Notes: generated from the letters alone by a model not told the origin. A stretch of DNA of 64,000 nt from Alphaproteobacteria bacterium (GCA_965205265.1 CBDBGH010000003.1:3936001-4000000); one strand, 5' to 3'. Shown: positions 1-11,467, numbered from the stretch's first letter. Program-made: numbers and translations.

Positions 1-1284
1 GTCGCGCAGATTGGTGATGACGCCGGTGAGCCCGTCCCATCGTGCGGCCTCGGCGATCTTCTCCGGGTTCACCGTGAGCCGTGCGTCGCCCTCGACGGCG
101 ATGAAGCGCTTCGCCCCGTGATTGGAGAGCAGTTCCCTGGGATTGTCGCTGCGGGCCAGCCTGTCGAGCAGGCGTTCCACCTGATGGCGGCGCTCGTGCG
201 CGTCCTTGCGTGCGCGCTGGGGGCAGAAGACGACGATCAGGCGACGGCCCTTGTACTCCCACTCGCCGACCCGGCGGTCCTGTGAGCCCTCCAGCGGGGC
301 ATAGGTCCCGGGGTCGAGAACCTGCCCCAGCAGCGCGAGCGGCAGCTTGCGCAGCCGCGCGCCGACGACATACTCGCCGCCGATGGCGTCCATGGCGTCG
401 AGGTTGTCGGCGCTCAGCATGCCCCGGTCGGCCACGCATACCGTGCGCTCCACCTGGTGGCGGCGCTGCATGTCCTGCAGGACCGGGACCATGCTGTGTC
501 CCTCGTAGGTGGCGCCGGGGAAGACCTCGTAGCTGATCGGCAGCCCTTCGCGCGTCACCATCAGCGCCAGCAGAACCTGCGAGTCCTTGTGTTTGCCGTC
601 CTTGCTGAAGCCGTGCTGGCGAAGCTCGTCCTCGGCGGCCGTCTCGAAGTAGAGCGTGGTGCAATCGAAGAAGAGGATCGCGACCGGCTCCGGCAGCAGC
701 GACCGGCTCGCCTCGCCGACGCGCGTGCGCAGTCGCTCGATCACCGTCGCGTCGAGCTGATCCATCATCCGGTAGACCTTCTCGAGCGGAAGACTCACGC
801 CGAAGTCCTCCTCGAGCCGGCGCACGCTGCCCCGCTTGCTGTCGGGGTTGGCTACCCGCGCCATCACCACATGGAACAGCGCGTCATGGGAGGCCCGGTA
901 GCGCGAGCGCGGCAGCAGCGCGTCGAGGCCCAGCAGCCGGTAGATCTCGCCATAGACCTCGTGGATGCCTGTGATCAGGCGCTGCTCCTCTTCAAGCTGC
1001 TTGAGGTCGACCGGGAGTTCCTCCTTGCCGTCCCCCCGGCGGCCGACACGGATCGCCTGCTCAGCGATCTTCTCGGGCGCAAACAATGCCGGCTGACGCT
1101 CGTCCTCCAGCTTCGCCTTGACGTACTCGCCGAGCTGCCTCAGGCGCTCGAGCTCGTCCTCGTCCATGGCCACGCCGACATGGCGGACGATGCGCTGTCG
1201 GACCTTGCCGCCGTCGCGCACGGCCTCGACGATCTGGACCGAGCGTCGCGGGCTGTTGGGGGAGGTCTTGATGCGCACGAACAT
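1..1284 (-). CDS. IS1634-family (IS4-like) DDE transposase, truncated by the window edge
   Basis: Not in the ORF track (no stop in the window). Manual minus-strand translation from ATG 1284: MFVRIKTSPNSPRRSVQIVEAVRDGGKVRQRIVRHVG...FFDCTTLYFE...GFSKDGK...VADRGM...WDGLTGVITN, typical IS1634 motifs. Confidence 0.9.
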   Translation of the reverse strand, partial: MFVRIKTSPNSPRRSVQIVEAVRDGGKVRQRIVRHVGVAMDEDELERLRQLGEYVKAKLEDERQPALFAPEKIAEQAIRVGRRGDGKEELPVDLKQLEEEQRLITGIHEVYGEIYRLLGLDALLPRSRYRASHDALFHVVMARVANPDSKRGSVRRLEEDFGVSLPLEKVYRMMDQLDATVIERLRTRVGEASRSLLPEPVAILFFDCTTLYFETAAEDELRQHGFSKDGKHKDSQVLLALMVTREGLPISYEVFPGATYEGHSMVPVLQDMQRRHQVERTVCVADRGMLSADNLDAMDAIGGEYVVGARLRKLPLALLGQVLDPGTYAPLEGSQDRRVGEWEYKGRRLIVVFCPQRARKDAHERRHQVERLLDRLARSDNPRELLSNHGAKRFIAVEGDARLTVNPEKIAEAARWDGLTGVITNLRD

Positions 1285-1441
1285 GGGGGGAGTGTAGCGC
1301 GTGGCGGAGGCATTGACAGTCTCAAAGATTTACTAGGCACTACAACGCAGCTTGACCGCACCGCAACTGCCAACTCATTGGCTTTACTGAAAACTCCAGA
1401 CGCGAGATCGGTCAGAAGTCAGCCCAACCGTCGAAGTCAGG
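1..1441 (-). mobile_element. IS1634-like insertion sequence, one end visible
   Basis: Transposase plus a lower-GC leader. Probable terminus CCTGACTTCGAC (minus strand) ending at 1441. The other end is outside the window, so TIR and TSD cannot be verified. Confidence 0.6.
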
Positions 1442-1474
1442 AGTGGCCTCGACTTCGAACTCATGTCTTCTTCT

Positions 1475-1562
1475 CGTCATGCCCGGACTTGTTCCGGGCA
1501 TCCAAGCGGCCGCTCGGTGAAGGTGGTTGAGAGAGATGCCCGGAACAAGTCCGGGCATGACG
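1475..1562. repeat. CGTC-type REP doublet (inverted pair)
   Basis: CGTCATGCCCGGACTTGTTCCGGGCATC at 1475 and its reverse complement GATGCCCGGAACAAGTCCGGGCATGACG at 1535-1562. The same unit recurs near 17.4, 20.9 and 33.2 kb. Confidence 0.85.
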
Positions 1563-1689
1563 AACGGGGGCCATCGGGGCGACGGGCGTCGAAGCCGGGA
1601 CGACCCCCGCTTTCAGCGAGGGCAGGCGGTTGGGGCGCGGCGGGCGGCCGCTCTTGTCCATCGCATCCGGCCTGTCGCCGGCGCTGCGG

Positions 1690-2091
1690 TCAGCCCGCCT
1701 CCGCCGCCCTCGGGTCGTCCACATGCAGGTGCTCGGTCGGCTGCGGGGTCGCGGTCATCACCTTGACCCCGTCTTCCGAGGTGAAGCGGTGCCAGCAGCC
1801 CTGCGGCACCACCAGGAGGGCGCCGGCGGTGAGCCGGTGCGACTCGATCTCGTCGTCCACGATGATGTCGAAGCGGGTCGAGCCTTCGAGAATCTGCACG
1901 ATCTCGTCGCCCTTGAGGTGCCGCTCCCAGCCGCTGGAGCCGCTGAAATGCGCGGCGAACAACCCGCCGTCGCGGAAGTCGGCGAGCTTCCGGAAGGAAG
2001 CCTGCGCCTCCGCTTCCGTGGTGTGGGCGCCGCGCCCTTCCAGCAGGACCAGATCGTCCAGGTCACGGCGAAGGTCGAGCGGTTCGATCAT
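1690..2091 (-). CDS. Cupin-domain protein
   Basis: WERHxxGDE and VVPQGCWHRF cupin motifs. Confidence 0.85.
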   Translation of the reverse strand: MIEPLDLRRDLDDLVLLEGRGAHTTEAEAQASFRKLADFRDGGLFAAHFSGSSGWERHLKGDEIVQILEGSTRFDIIVDDEIESHRLTAGALLVVPQGCWHRFTSEDGVKVMTATPQPTEHLHVDDPRAAEAG

Positions 2092-2113
2092 GGATAACTC
2101 CGGTATGGCGCCG

Positions 2114-2752
2114 TCACACCGGCGTGTCGCCGCAAATGGTGACGCGGTGCATGATGCGGGTTTCGCCGGGATAGTCGTCGAGCGCGTAATGCTGGGTGCA
2201 GCGGTTGTCCCAGAAGGCGACGGACCCCTCCTCCCAGCGGAAGCGGCACTGGAATTCGGGCTTGATCGAGTGACTGCGCAGCCAGTCGAGCAGCGGCTCG
2301 CTCTCCGCGTCCGTCAACCCGTCGAAATGCTGGCAGTGGCCGCCGACATAGAGCGCCTTGCGGCCCGTTTCCGGGTGGGTGCGCACCACCGGATGCGAGG
2401 AGGTGGTCTGCACATTGCCGGGGTCCTTGACCTGCATGGAGGTGCGCCCCGCATACATCTCCTTGCGCGTCTTGCCGCCCGCGCTCTTGAACCGGTCGCC
2501 GACGGAGATCGCGCGGAGCCCGGCCAGCGCCTCCTTGAGGCCGTCCGAGAGCGTCTCATAGGCGAGATACTGGTTGGTGAACAGCGTGTCGCCGCCCCTG
2601 GACGGCACCTGCTTGGCGTAGAGGATGGTGCCCATGGCGGGCTGGGGCGAGAACATCTGGTCCGAATGCCAGGCGCCGCCGAAATTCTTCGTATCCGCCG
2701 GCGTCTTCTTGATTTCGAGAAGCTCCGGATGGTCGTCCATGCCCTTCATGAA
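2114..2752 (-). pseudogene. TauD/TfdA-family dioxygenase, 3' part (interrupted by the IS1595 element)
   Basis: WHSD, HPVVRTHPETG and WDNRCTQH motifs. Joins in frame with 6999-7222 after removing the element and one TSD copy (...HPF-MK-GMDD...). Confidence 0.92.
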
Positions 2753-2782
2753 GGGGATTATGTAGGAAAGTGCCGAGACGGG

Positions 2783-3055
2783 CTACTCGTCGGCCGCCTC
2801 TAGCTGCGTCGCCGACTGCGGGTTCCACGGCAAGACAACACCAAGGCGGAGATCAAGCCGCTCTATGGTCGTTGGTGCCAGCGGGTCATCGGCCCGAATG
2901 GCGGATTCGTAGATGTGCATCGAGCTTTCGGGGCGCGATACGAACATGTATTCGCCCCACTCATTCTCGCCGAATTCAACGCGGAAACCTTCGTCCCGCA
3001 GCCAGTCGGCATACTGGCGGTTGACCGGGAAATCCGGGAAGGGGAATGCGGGCAC
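2783..3055 (-). CDS. Small hypothetical protein, possibly HicA-like toxin
   Basis: GTG start just after the upstream gene's TAA. 90 aa with a helix(WLRDEGF)-beta-beta-beta-helix(LAPTTIERLDLRLG) pattern. The fold is inferred. Confidence 0.5.
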   Translation of the reverse strand: MPAFPFPDFPVNRQYADWLRDEGFRVEFGENEWGEYMFVSRPESSMHIYESAIRADDPLAPTTIERLDLRLGVVLPWNPQSATQLEAADE

Positions 3056-3057
3056 CG

Positions 3058-3369
3058 TTACGCCGCCAGCGTCTGTTCCGCCACGCCGTGCCTGTCGTAT
3101 ATAGTGCCGCGCACCACATCTGGAGGACCAGACTTCCACAACTCAAAGAACCGGGCCGGCGCGCGCATGATCCCTTGGAAGGCGAAGCTGCTGTGTTCTC
3201 GGGAATGGTCGAGTTCGGCCCGGTAGGCGCATTTCAGGCCATTCTCGGCTTCCTCTCTCGTCCGGCCCTGTGCGCCGATGAAGTGCTCCAGACAGATTGC
3301 GACCCACGCGCCTTCCTCGCTAAAGAGCACATAGCGCAGTTCATTGGCCCGGTGCATCTCTCCGGTCAT
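3058..3369 (-). CDS. HicB-like (RNase H-like fold) protein
   Basis: EEGAWVAICLEHFIGAQGRTREEA motif. GGGAG RBS before ATG 3369. Confidence 0.65.
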   Translation of the reverse strand: MTGEMHRANELRYVLFSEEGAWVAICLEHFIGAQGRTREEAENGLKCAYRAELDHSREHSSFAFQGIMRAPARFFELWKSGPPDVVRGTIYDRHGVAEQTLAA

Positions 3370-3440
3370 AGACTGTCTCCCATTGCAGTGGGGACATACT
3401 AATTCCGGGCGAAAAAAGTGCCAATCCCGGAATTTCGCGT

Positions 3441-3468
3441 TTGACATACTTTGGCACTTACCTATATT
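3441..3468 (+). promoter_or_regulatory. Putative sigma70 promoter for the transposase-MTase-REase operon
   Basis: TTGACA-16 nt-TATATT in an AT-rich patch, 27 bp upstream of the transposase ATG. Confidence 0.6.
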
Positions 3469-3495
3469 TGAATGTGAAAGCAGGGAGCTACGGGA

Positions 3496-4482
3496 ATGGC
3501 GAAGAAAAAAGCGGCAGGCAAGGCGCACCGGACGGGGATCAGCATGGTGGAGCTATTCCGCCGCTGGCCGGACGACGCGGCGGCCGAGGCGCGGTTCATT
3601 GAGCGCCGCTGGCCTGACGGTATTCACTGTCCGCATTGCGGAAGCTGCAATGTGCAGACCGGCGCGAAGCACAAGACCATGCCCTACCGCTGCCGGGAGA
3701 AGGAATGCGCCAAGCGGTTTTCCGCGAAGACCGGGACCGTCATGGAAGGTTCAAAGCTGGGCTTCCAAGTCTGGATGATTGCGACCTATCTGCTTTCGAC
3801 AAACCTCAAATCGGTATCGTCCATGAAGCTGCACCGGGACTTGAAGATCAATCAGCGCAGCGCGTGGTTCCTTGCGCACCGGCTGCGGGTTGCCCTGTCG
3901 GAGCGCGAAGGGCCGTTCGAGGGACCGCTGGAGGCGGACGAGGCGTATTTCGGCGGCCGCCGGTCCAACATGTCCAAGAGCAAGCGCAAAGAGCTTGCCG
4001 GGCGCGGCACAGTGGGGAAAACCGCCGTGGTCGGAGTGAAGGACCGCGCGACAAATCGTGTCGCAGCGAAGGTTGTCCCTTCCACCGACGGCCCGACTCT
4101 GCAATTTTTCGTCCGAGTCCATGCCGGGGAGGACGCCGTGATCTACACGGACGAGCATGGGGCATATGCTGGGCTCGGCGCGGAGTTCAAGCACGAAGCC
4201 GTCAATCATAGCGCGGGCGAGTATGTGCGCGGCATGGCGCACACGCAGGGCATCGAGTCCTTCTGGTCGATGCTGAAGCGGGCGCACAAGGGAACCTTCC
4301 ACAAGTTTTCGCCCAAGCATCTTGATCGGTATGTCGGCGAGTTCTCCGGCAGACACAATGTCCGGGACGCTGACACCATCGACATCATGGCGACCTTCGC
4401 CGCCGGGGCCGTTGGCAAGCGCCTTCGCTACCGGGACTTGATCGCCGACAACGGGTTGCCGTCCGGGGCGCGCAGCGCATGA
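3496..4482 (+). CDS. IS1595-family transposase
   Basis: Zn ribbon CPHCGS...YRCREKECAKRFS, plus EADEAYFGG, YTDEH, VNHS and TQGIESFWS motifs. Confidence 0.95.
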   Translation: MAKKKAAGKAHRTGISMVELFRRWPDDAAAEARFIERRWPDGIHCPHCGSCNVQTGAKHKTMPYRCREKECAKRFSAKTGTVMEGSKLGFQVWMIATYLLSTNLKSVSSMKLHRDLKINQRSAWFLAHRLRVALSEREGPFEGPLEADEAYFGGRRSNMSKSKRKELAGRGTVGKTAVVGVKDRATNRVAAKVVPSTDGPTLQFFVRVHAGEDAVIYTDEHGAYAGLGAEFKHEAVNHSAGEYVRGMAHTQGIESFWSMLKRAHKGTFHKFSPKHLDRYVGEFSGRHNVRDADTIDIMATFAAGAVGKRLRYRDLIADNGLPSGARSA

Positions 4483-5876
4483 CGACGCAAGCCGTCTCTC
4501 CGCACGGTGGTCCCGTCAGAGAGCGACAGGCACTGGCGGCGCGCTTCGCACCTCGCTTGGCCACGAACGAACTCTACTGCCGTCGGATTGTTTCATACCA
4601 AGGGAATCGCAAGGCACCGGGCTTGCGCTGGATGAAATACAAGGAAGGCTTTTCCAGCGAGCTTGTGACTGACTTGATCCAGCAAGAGCGGCCGACCGCC
4701 GTTCTGGACCCCTTCGCCGGGATTTGCACAACGCCACTGGTCGCTGCCGGGCAAGGAATCGAGGCGACGGGCATTGAGATCATGCCGGTAGGGGTTTCGG
4801 CTGGCACGGCTATCGCCGAAGCTGCGAACGGGCTTTCGCAATCCGATTTCGACAGGCACTCCGCCGCGCTCTTGCAGGCGACCAGGGCAAGGGGCAGGGC
4901 AGCCAGCTTCGCATTCCCGCATGTGCGGATAACCGAGGGCGCATTCGCCGACAAGACAGAGCGGGAGATCGCCGCCGCCCGCCGGTTCCTTTCGCGCATG
5001 GAAGATGACGGCTTGCGGACACTGTTGGATTTCGCCTGCATGTCGGTTTTGGAGGAAGCCAGCTATACGCGGAAGGACGGCCAATATCTACGATGGGACC
5101 GCCGCGCCCCGCGACAGTTGCGATCCTCGTTCGACATAGGGCCTATAGCTGGTTTCAGCGACGCTCTGGAACGGCGGATAGGCGAGATCGCAGCCGACAT
5201 TCCGGCGCTCAAAAAGCAGTTCGGGCAAGGGTATCCAACCCTATTGACTGGCTCATGTCTTGAACTGCTTAGGACCATCCCGGACGGCGCGTTCGACATG
5301 GTGGTGACCTCGCCACCCTACGCGAACCGTTATGACTACACGCGGACCTACGCGCTGGAACTCGCATGGATGGGCTTCGACCAAGCAGGCTTTTCAGCTC
5401 TCCGCCAGCGGATGCTCTCGGCCACGGTGGAGAACAAGGCCAAGACGGAAACGCTCGCCGCGATTTATGGGGACAACCGGGCCACCTTGGAGCGCGCCGC
5501 TCGCCTGTATGAGGCACAGGGGGCCGTGCATGAGGTTCTGGGCATTCTGCGGAAGCGGCAAGGCGAGTTGAGCAACCGGAACGTCCTGACCCTGATCGAA
5601 CAGTATTTCTTCGAGATGGCCGTGGTCATAGCCGAGTTCGGGCGCATCGTGCGCCCCGGCGGGTCGGTCTTCATGGTCAATGACAATGTTCAATATCACG
5701 GCGAGGAACTACCAGTGGACTTCATTCTAGCCGACTTCGCCGAAGGCGCGGGGTTCCGTTGCGATCAGATATGGAAGCTCGCAAGAGGCAAGGGCAATTC
5801 GAGCCAGCAGATGGCGCGGTTCGGGCGGCGCGAACTGCGGAAATGTGTCTATAGGTGGGTTCGTTCCTATGACTGA
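4479..5876 (+). CDS. Site-specific DNA amino-methyltransferase (likely N4-cytosine)
   Basis: SAM-binding LDPFAG motif precedes the catalytic TSPPY motif. ATGA-coupled to the transposase stop. Confidence 0.9.
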   Translation: MTTQAVSPHGGPVRERQALAARFAPRLATNELYCRRIVSYQGNRKAPGLRWMKYKEGFSSELVTDLIQQERPTAVLDPFAGICTTPLVAAGQGIEATGIEIMPVGVSAGTAIAEAANGLSQSDFDRHSAALLQATRARGRAASFAFPHVRITEGAFADKTEREIAAARRFLSRMEDDGLRTLLDFACMSVLEEASYTRKDGQYLRWDRRAPRQLRSSFDIGPIAGFSDALERRIGEIAADIPALKKQFGQGYPTLLTGSCLELLRTIPDGAFDMVVTSPPYANRYDYTRTYALELAWMGFDQAGFSALRQRMLSATVENKAKTETLAAIYGDNRATLERAARLYEAQGAVHEVLGILRKRQGELSNRNVLTLIEQYFFEMAVVIAEFGRIVRPGGSVFMVNDNVQYHGEELPVDFILADFAEGAGFRCDQIWKLARGKGNSSQQMARFGRRELRKCVYRWVRSYD

Positions 5877-6777
5877 CGACGCTCTCCGGTCCCGCCTCTT
5901 TTCCGACATTTTGAGACAGCGAAAAGACCGGGCGCAGCGCCGGCTCATTGACACATTCGGCGCAGAACTCGACTTCTGCCCACTCGACGAACTGATGATA
6001 AGCGGCGCGGCCTGGGATCATGTGCAATCGCTCGGCATTGAGCCGAAGGTGGTCTTCGCGCATCCCGACTTGCTGCGGGCGCACCCGACGACCTCGCTCT
6101 ACTATCGCGGGTTGGCGCTGCTTTCCCGCAAGCGGGTTGGCCAAGCAGCCGCGTCAGTGACGAATTGGGAGGACGGGACGCGCTCCACGCCGATTCGAGA
6201 GGGCACGGCCCGCAAGGTCGCTTGCCTCTACAACACCATGATCTCATCGATCATCGAAGGTTCGTCGGATTGGACTTTGGAGAACGGCTACCGGAACATC
6301 GTCGCCACAATGGGCATTTCCATCGACGGAATGTTCCGTAATCAGATAGGCGATGCGGCGGAGGCATTGGTCAAAAGCCGGCTCGTGGAATGGCTGAAGG
6401 CGAAGGACGTCCTTCCGCCGGACAGCCCAGAACATGGCCGGTATCTGCTACCCGGCGACACGCTCATGAATTTCGGCTCGGAGCCAGACATTGAGTTCAT
6501 CCGGAACGACCGGCTTATCGCGACGATTGAGGTAAAGGGCGGCCGCGACCCGGCCGGCGCTCTTGAACGGCTCGGTGCCATGACGAAGAGCTTTGCCGAG
6601 ACGCCGCCGGGCTGTGTCAATTTCCTTGTCGCTGGCGTTATCACGACAGAGATGCGGACGCGCCTCGAAGCCATTGGCAGCGTCAAGGTCTATGAACTGG
6701 ACGACATTGCCCAAGATGGTGCGCTCTGGAACGACTTCACGAATGAGGTCTTCCACCATGCCGTCCGCGTAATCTGA
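5869..6777 (+). CDS. Type II restriction endonuclease, XcyI-like family
   Basis: PD-(D/E)xK core SEPDIEF...IEVKGGRDPAGALER. Overlaps the MTase stop. The family call is from remembered motifs; specificity is not established. Confidence 0.75.
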   Translation: MTDDALRSRLFSDILRQRKDRAQRRLIDTFGAELDFCPLDELMISGAAWDHVQSLGIEPKVVFAHPDLLRAHPTTSLYYRGLALLSRKRVGQAAASVTNWEDGTRSTPIREGTARKVACLYNTMISSIIEGSSDWTLENGYRNIVATMGISIDGMFRNQIGDAAEALVKSRLVEWLKAKDVLPPDSPEHGRYLLPGDTLMNFGSEPDIEFIRNDRLIATIEVKGGRDPAGALERLGAMTKSFAETPPGCVNFLVAGVITTEMRTRLEAIGSVKVYELDDIAQDGALWNDFTNEVFHHAVRVI

Positions 6778-6790
6778 CAGGGAGGAAGCC

Positions 6791-6967
6791 ATGACGAAGG
6801 CCAAGCCGGAGCCGCGCGAGGTCCATATCGTGCATCACGACTACCAGCCGAGCAAGGCGCAGTTGGAGGCCGACGCGCGGGTTGAGGCGAGTTTCGAGGA
6901 AGCCGTTGACGCGCTCACGCAGCCAGTCCGCATCCGCAATGTCATCCGGCCGGGGCGCGCTCGCTGA
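6791..6967 (+). CDS. 58-aa hypothetical protein at the right end of the IS
   Basis: GGAGG RBS and ATG, MTKAKPEPREVHIVHHDYQPSKAQLEAD...; stops 7 bp before the TIR. Below the ORF-track cutoff. Confidence 0.6.
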   Translation: MTKAKPEPREVHIVHHDYQPSKAQLEADARVEASFEEAVDALTQPVRIRNVIRPGRAR

Positions 6968-6998
6968 GCGGCCTTCGGCACTCTTCTACATAATCCCC

Positions 6999-7222
6999 TT
7001 CATGAAGGGGTGCAGGTGGATGTCCCCCCAGCGCCGCGCGAAGGCGAGCTGCTGTTCGGGTGTCATGTCCTGCTCGCGGAAGAAGATCACCAGGTTCTCG
7101 TGCAGCGCGCGCCGGATTTCCGCGAAGGTCTCGTCATCGACATTCGCCAGATCGACCCCGCCCACCTCGGCGCCGAGCGCGCCGGCGACGGGCTTCACCT
7201 CGATGCGCTGGAAACCGGACAT
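6999..7222 (-). pseudogene. TauD-family dioxygenase, 5' part
   Basis: MSGFQRIEVKPVAGALGAEVGGVDL...FFREQDMTPEQQLAFARRWG, the standard TauD N-terminus, cut at the TSD. Confidence 0.92.
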
Positions 7223-7325
7223 GGAGCCTCTCCTTCCCATGATGACGGCGCGAGCCTATATCGATTTCCGGCCGGGGTCCAAACCCGCCGCGCTGCCGCC
7301 CCGCCTCCGAGGGAGACCGTTCCCC

Positions 7326-7781
7326 ATGCTGACGCCCGAAATGACGGCGCTCATCCGCGACAACACGCTGGCGCTGGTGGCGACGGTGACGCCGGAAGGC
7401 GAACCCGCGGTTTCGCCCAAGGCGACGGTCGTGGTGCTGGACCCGGCGCGGCTCGCCTTCTCAGACCTGCGCTCTCCCGGCACGAGGCGCAACCTTGCCG
7501 CCAATCCGGCCTGCGAGCTTGCCTTCGTCGATGTGTTCCGGCGCAAGGCGGTCCGCGTGCGCGGCCGCGGCTCCTGCCATGCGCGCGGCGCGCCGGAGTT
7601 CGACGCGCTCCTGCCCCGCTTCACCGAATGGCCGGACCTGCAGCCCCGCATGCACGGCATCTTCGATATCGCCGTCACCGCGGCCGAGATGGTGGTGTCG
7701 CCCGCCTACGACACGGGCGCCGACGAGGCGGAGCTTGCCGCCGGGTGGCTCGCCCGCTACCGCAAGCTCATCGAAGGCTGA
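7326..7781 (+). CDS. Pyridoxamine 5'-phosphate oxidase-like FMN-binding protein
   Basis: LVATVTPEGEPAVSPK...SPGTRRNLAANP split-barrel motifs. Confidence 0.85.
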   Translation: MLTPEMTALIRDNTLALVATVTPEGEPAVSPKATVVVLDPARLAFSDLRSPGTRRNLAANPACELAFVDVFRRKAVRVRGRGSCHARGAPEFDALLPRFTEWPDLQPRMHGIFDIAVTAAEMVVSPAYDTGADEAELAAGWLARYRKLIEG

Positions 7782-7798
7782 ACGCCCGCCCGCCGCCC

Positions 7799-8566
7799 TC
7801 AGCCCCCGGCCTCGATTTCAGCCAGCAGCTTCGCGGCGCGTCCGTCGATAATGCGCTGATAGGCGTTCTTCGCCGGCTGCGCCATGGCCTGCCGGAGCAA
7901 CTCCCGGGCGCGGTCCATGTCGCCGTCCAGCATGCGCAGCGCGCGGGCATATTCGTAGAGCGGCGCTTTCTCGCCGGGCGCGGCCTCGAGCACGCGGCCG
8001 AACAGTTCATGGACCGACTCCTCGCGGGCGCCGTAAGTGATCCGGCCCAGGAAGGAGCCCGCGACCTCCACGACGCGGGCGTGCCAGATGGCGAGGCCCG
8101 TCATCGCCTTCACGGAAGCGGGTTTCAACTCCAGCGCGCGTTTCAGCGAATCGCGGATCTTCGTCCCGTAGCCCCGGTCGCTGGCTTCGGACGTGCTCAG
8201 CGTCTGTCCATGGCGGCCCATGACGCGCGCCGCCGCAATATGCGCATAGGCCCGGTCCGGCGCTGCCTGAACCGCGCGCGCCGCCAGCGCGAGCGCCCTC
8301 TCGAACAGCGCGGGCCGGTCCTGCTCCGCCGCGAGATAGAATGCCTGCAGGGCCAAAGATTCCGCCGCGAAGGCAAGGCCCTCCGGCCTGCCGGTTTCCT
8401 CCGCCATGTCGGCGGCTTCGAGGAACCGGCCTTCGGACCATGCCGCCCGCGCGGCGTCCAGCGGTCCGGCCGCCGCCGGGACCGCCGTCAGCGCCGCCAG
8501 CAATGCGGCCGCCAGGACGATGCGAAACCGGGATGAGGGCAGCGGAACGATGTGTCGAGCGGGCAT
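7799..8566 (-). CDS. Exported TPR-like helical protein (start uncertain)
   Basis: Signal peptide ending PAAA, followed by ALALAARA/LKRALELKP-type helical repeats. Confidence 0.65.
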   Translation of the reverse strand: MPARHIVPLPSSRFRIVLAAALLAALTAVPAAAGPLDAARAAWSEGRFLEAADMAEETGRPEGLAFAAESLALQAFYLAAEQDRPALFERALALAARAVQAAPDRAYAHIAAARVMGRHGQTLSTSEASDRGYGTKIRDSLKRALELKPASVKAMTGLAIWHARVVEVAGSFLGRITYGAREESVHELFGRVLEAAPGEKAPLYEYARALRMLDGDMDRARELLRQAMAQPAKNAYQRIIDGRAAKLLAEIEAGG

Positions 8567-8700
8567 GGCGGGGAAACTATACAACGCGGACAGGCGGGGA
8601 GAAGACCGATTTTCACTCCGCCCCGCCGCCGTGCCGGGGCAGGAGCGGGCAGGTCGTCCGGCTGGACTTTCGTCCTCCGCGTTATAGAATTGCCGGCGCC

Positions 8701-9105
8701 ATGGATGCCAAGGATTCCGACATCGGAACGCGGCTGCGCCGGGCCGGGCTGCGGCCGACGCGGCAGCGGCTCGGGCTGGCGCGGCTCCTGTTCGCCGGGC
8801 CCGACCGCCATGTCCGCGCCGAGGAGCTGAGCCGGGAGGCGCGCGAGGCCGGCGTCCGCGTCTCCCTGGCCACGGTTTACAACACGCTGCACCAGTTCGT
8901 GGATGCCGGGCTGCTGCGCCGGGTGGATGTGGAGCCGGGCCGCGCCTGCTTCGACACCAACCTCTCCCGCCACCACCATTTCTACGACACCGGCACGAAC
9001 GAGCTGATCGACTTCGACGCCGAAGATGTCGGCATTACCGGCCTGCCCGAAGCGCCGGGCGGCAAGACGGTGGAGCGCATCGACCTGGTGGTGCGGATCC
9101 GCTGA
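8701..9105 (+). CDS. irr: Fur-family iron response regulator (Irr-like)
   Basis: GLRPTRQR, SLATVYNTLHQF and the FDTNxxxHHHF motif diagnostic of Irr. Confidence 0.85.
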   Translation: MDAKDSDIGTRLRRAGLRPTRQRLGLARLLFAGPDRHVRAEELSREAREAGVRVSLATVYNTLHQFVDAGLLRRVDVEPGRACFDTNLSRHHHFYDTGTNELIDFDAEDVGITGLPEAPGGKTVERIDLVVRIR

Positions 9106-9120
9106 CCCGAAATGTCCCAA

Positions 9121-11460
<2,340 letters not shown>

Positions 11461-11467
11461 GACCGGC

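Larger units (their letters stand above)
2753..6998 (+). mobile_element. IS1595-family element with passenger genes (4246 bp)
   Basis: TIR GGGGATTATGTAGGAAAGTGCCGA (2753-2776) vs the reverse complement of 6975-6998, GGGGATTATGTAGAAGAGTGCCGA (22/24 match). 8-bp TSD TTCATGAA at 2745-2752 and 6999-7006. Lower GC than the flanks. Confidence 0.95.

Noticed and set aside
2114-2749. 211-aa TauD ORF as an intact gene
   Set aside because: Its ATG lies inside the TSD and the N-terminal ~70 aa are at 6999-7222, so it is treated as a disrupted gene.
8585-8600. 16-bp exact match CGCGGACAGGCGGGGA with 54645-54660
   Set aside because: Such matches are expected by chance in 64 kb at ~70% GC, and the similarity does not extend.
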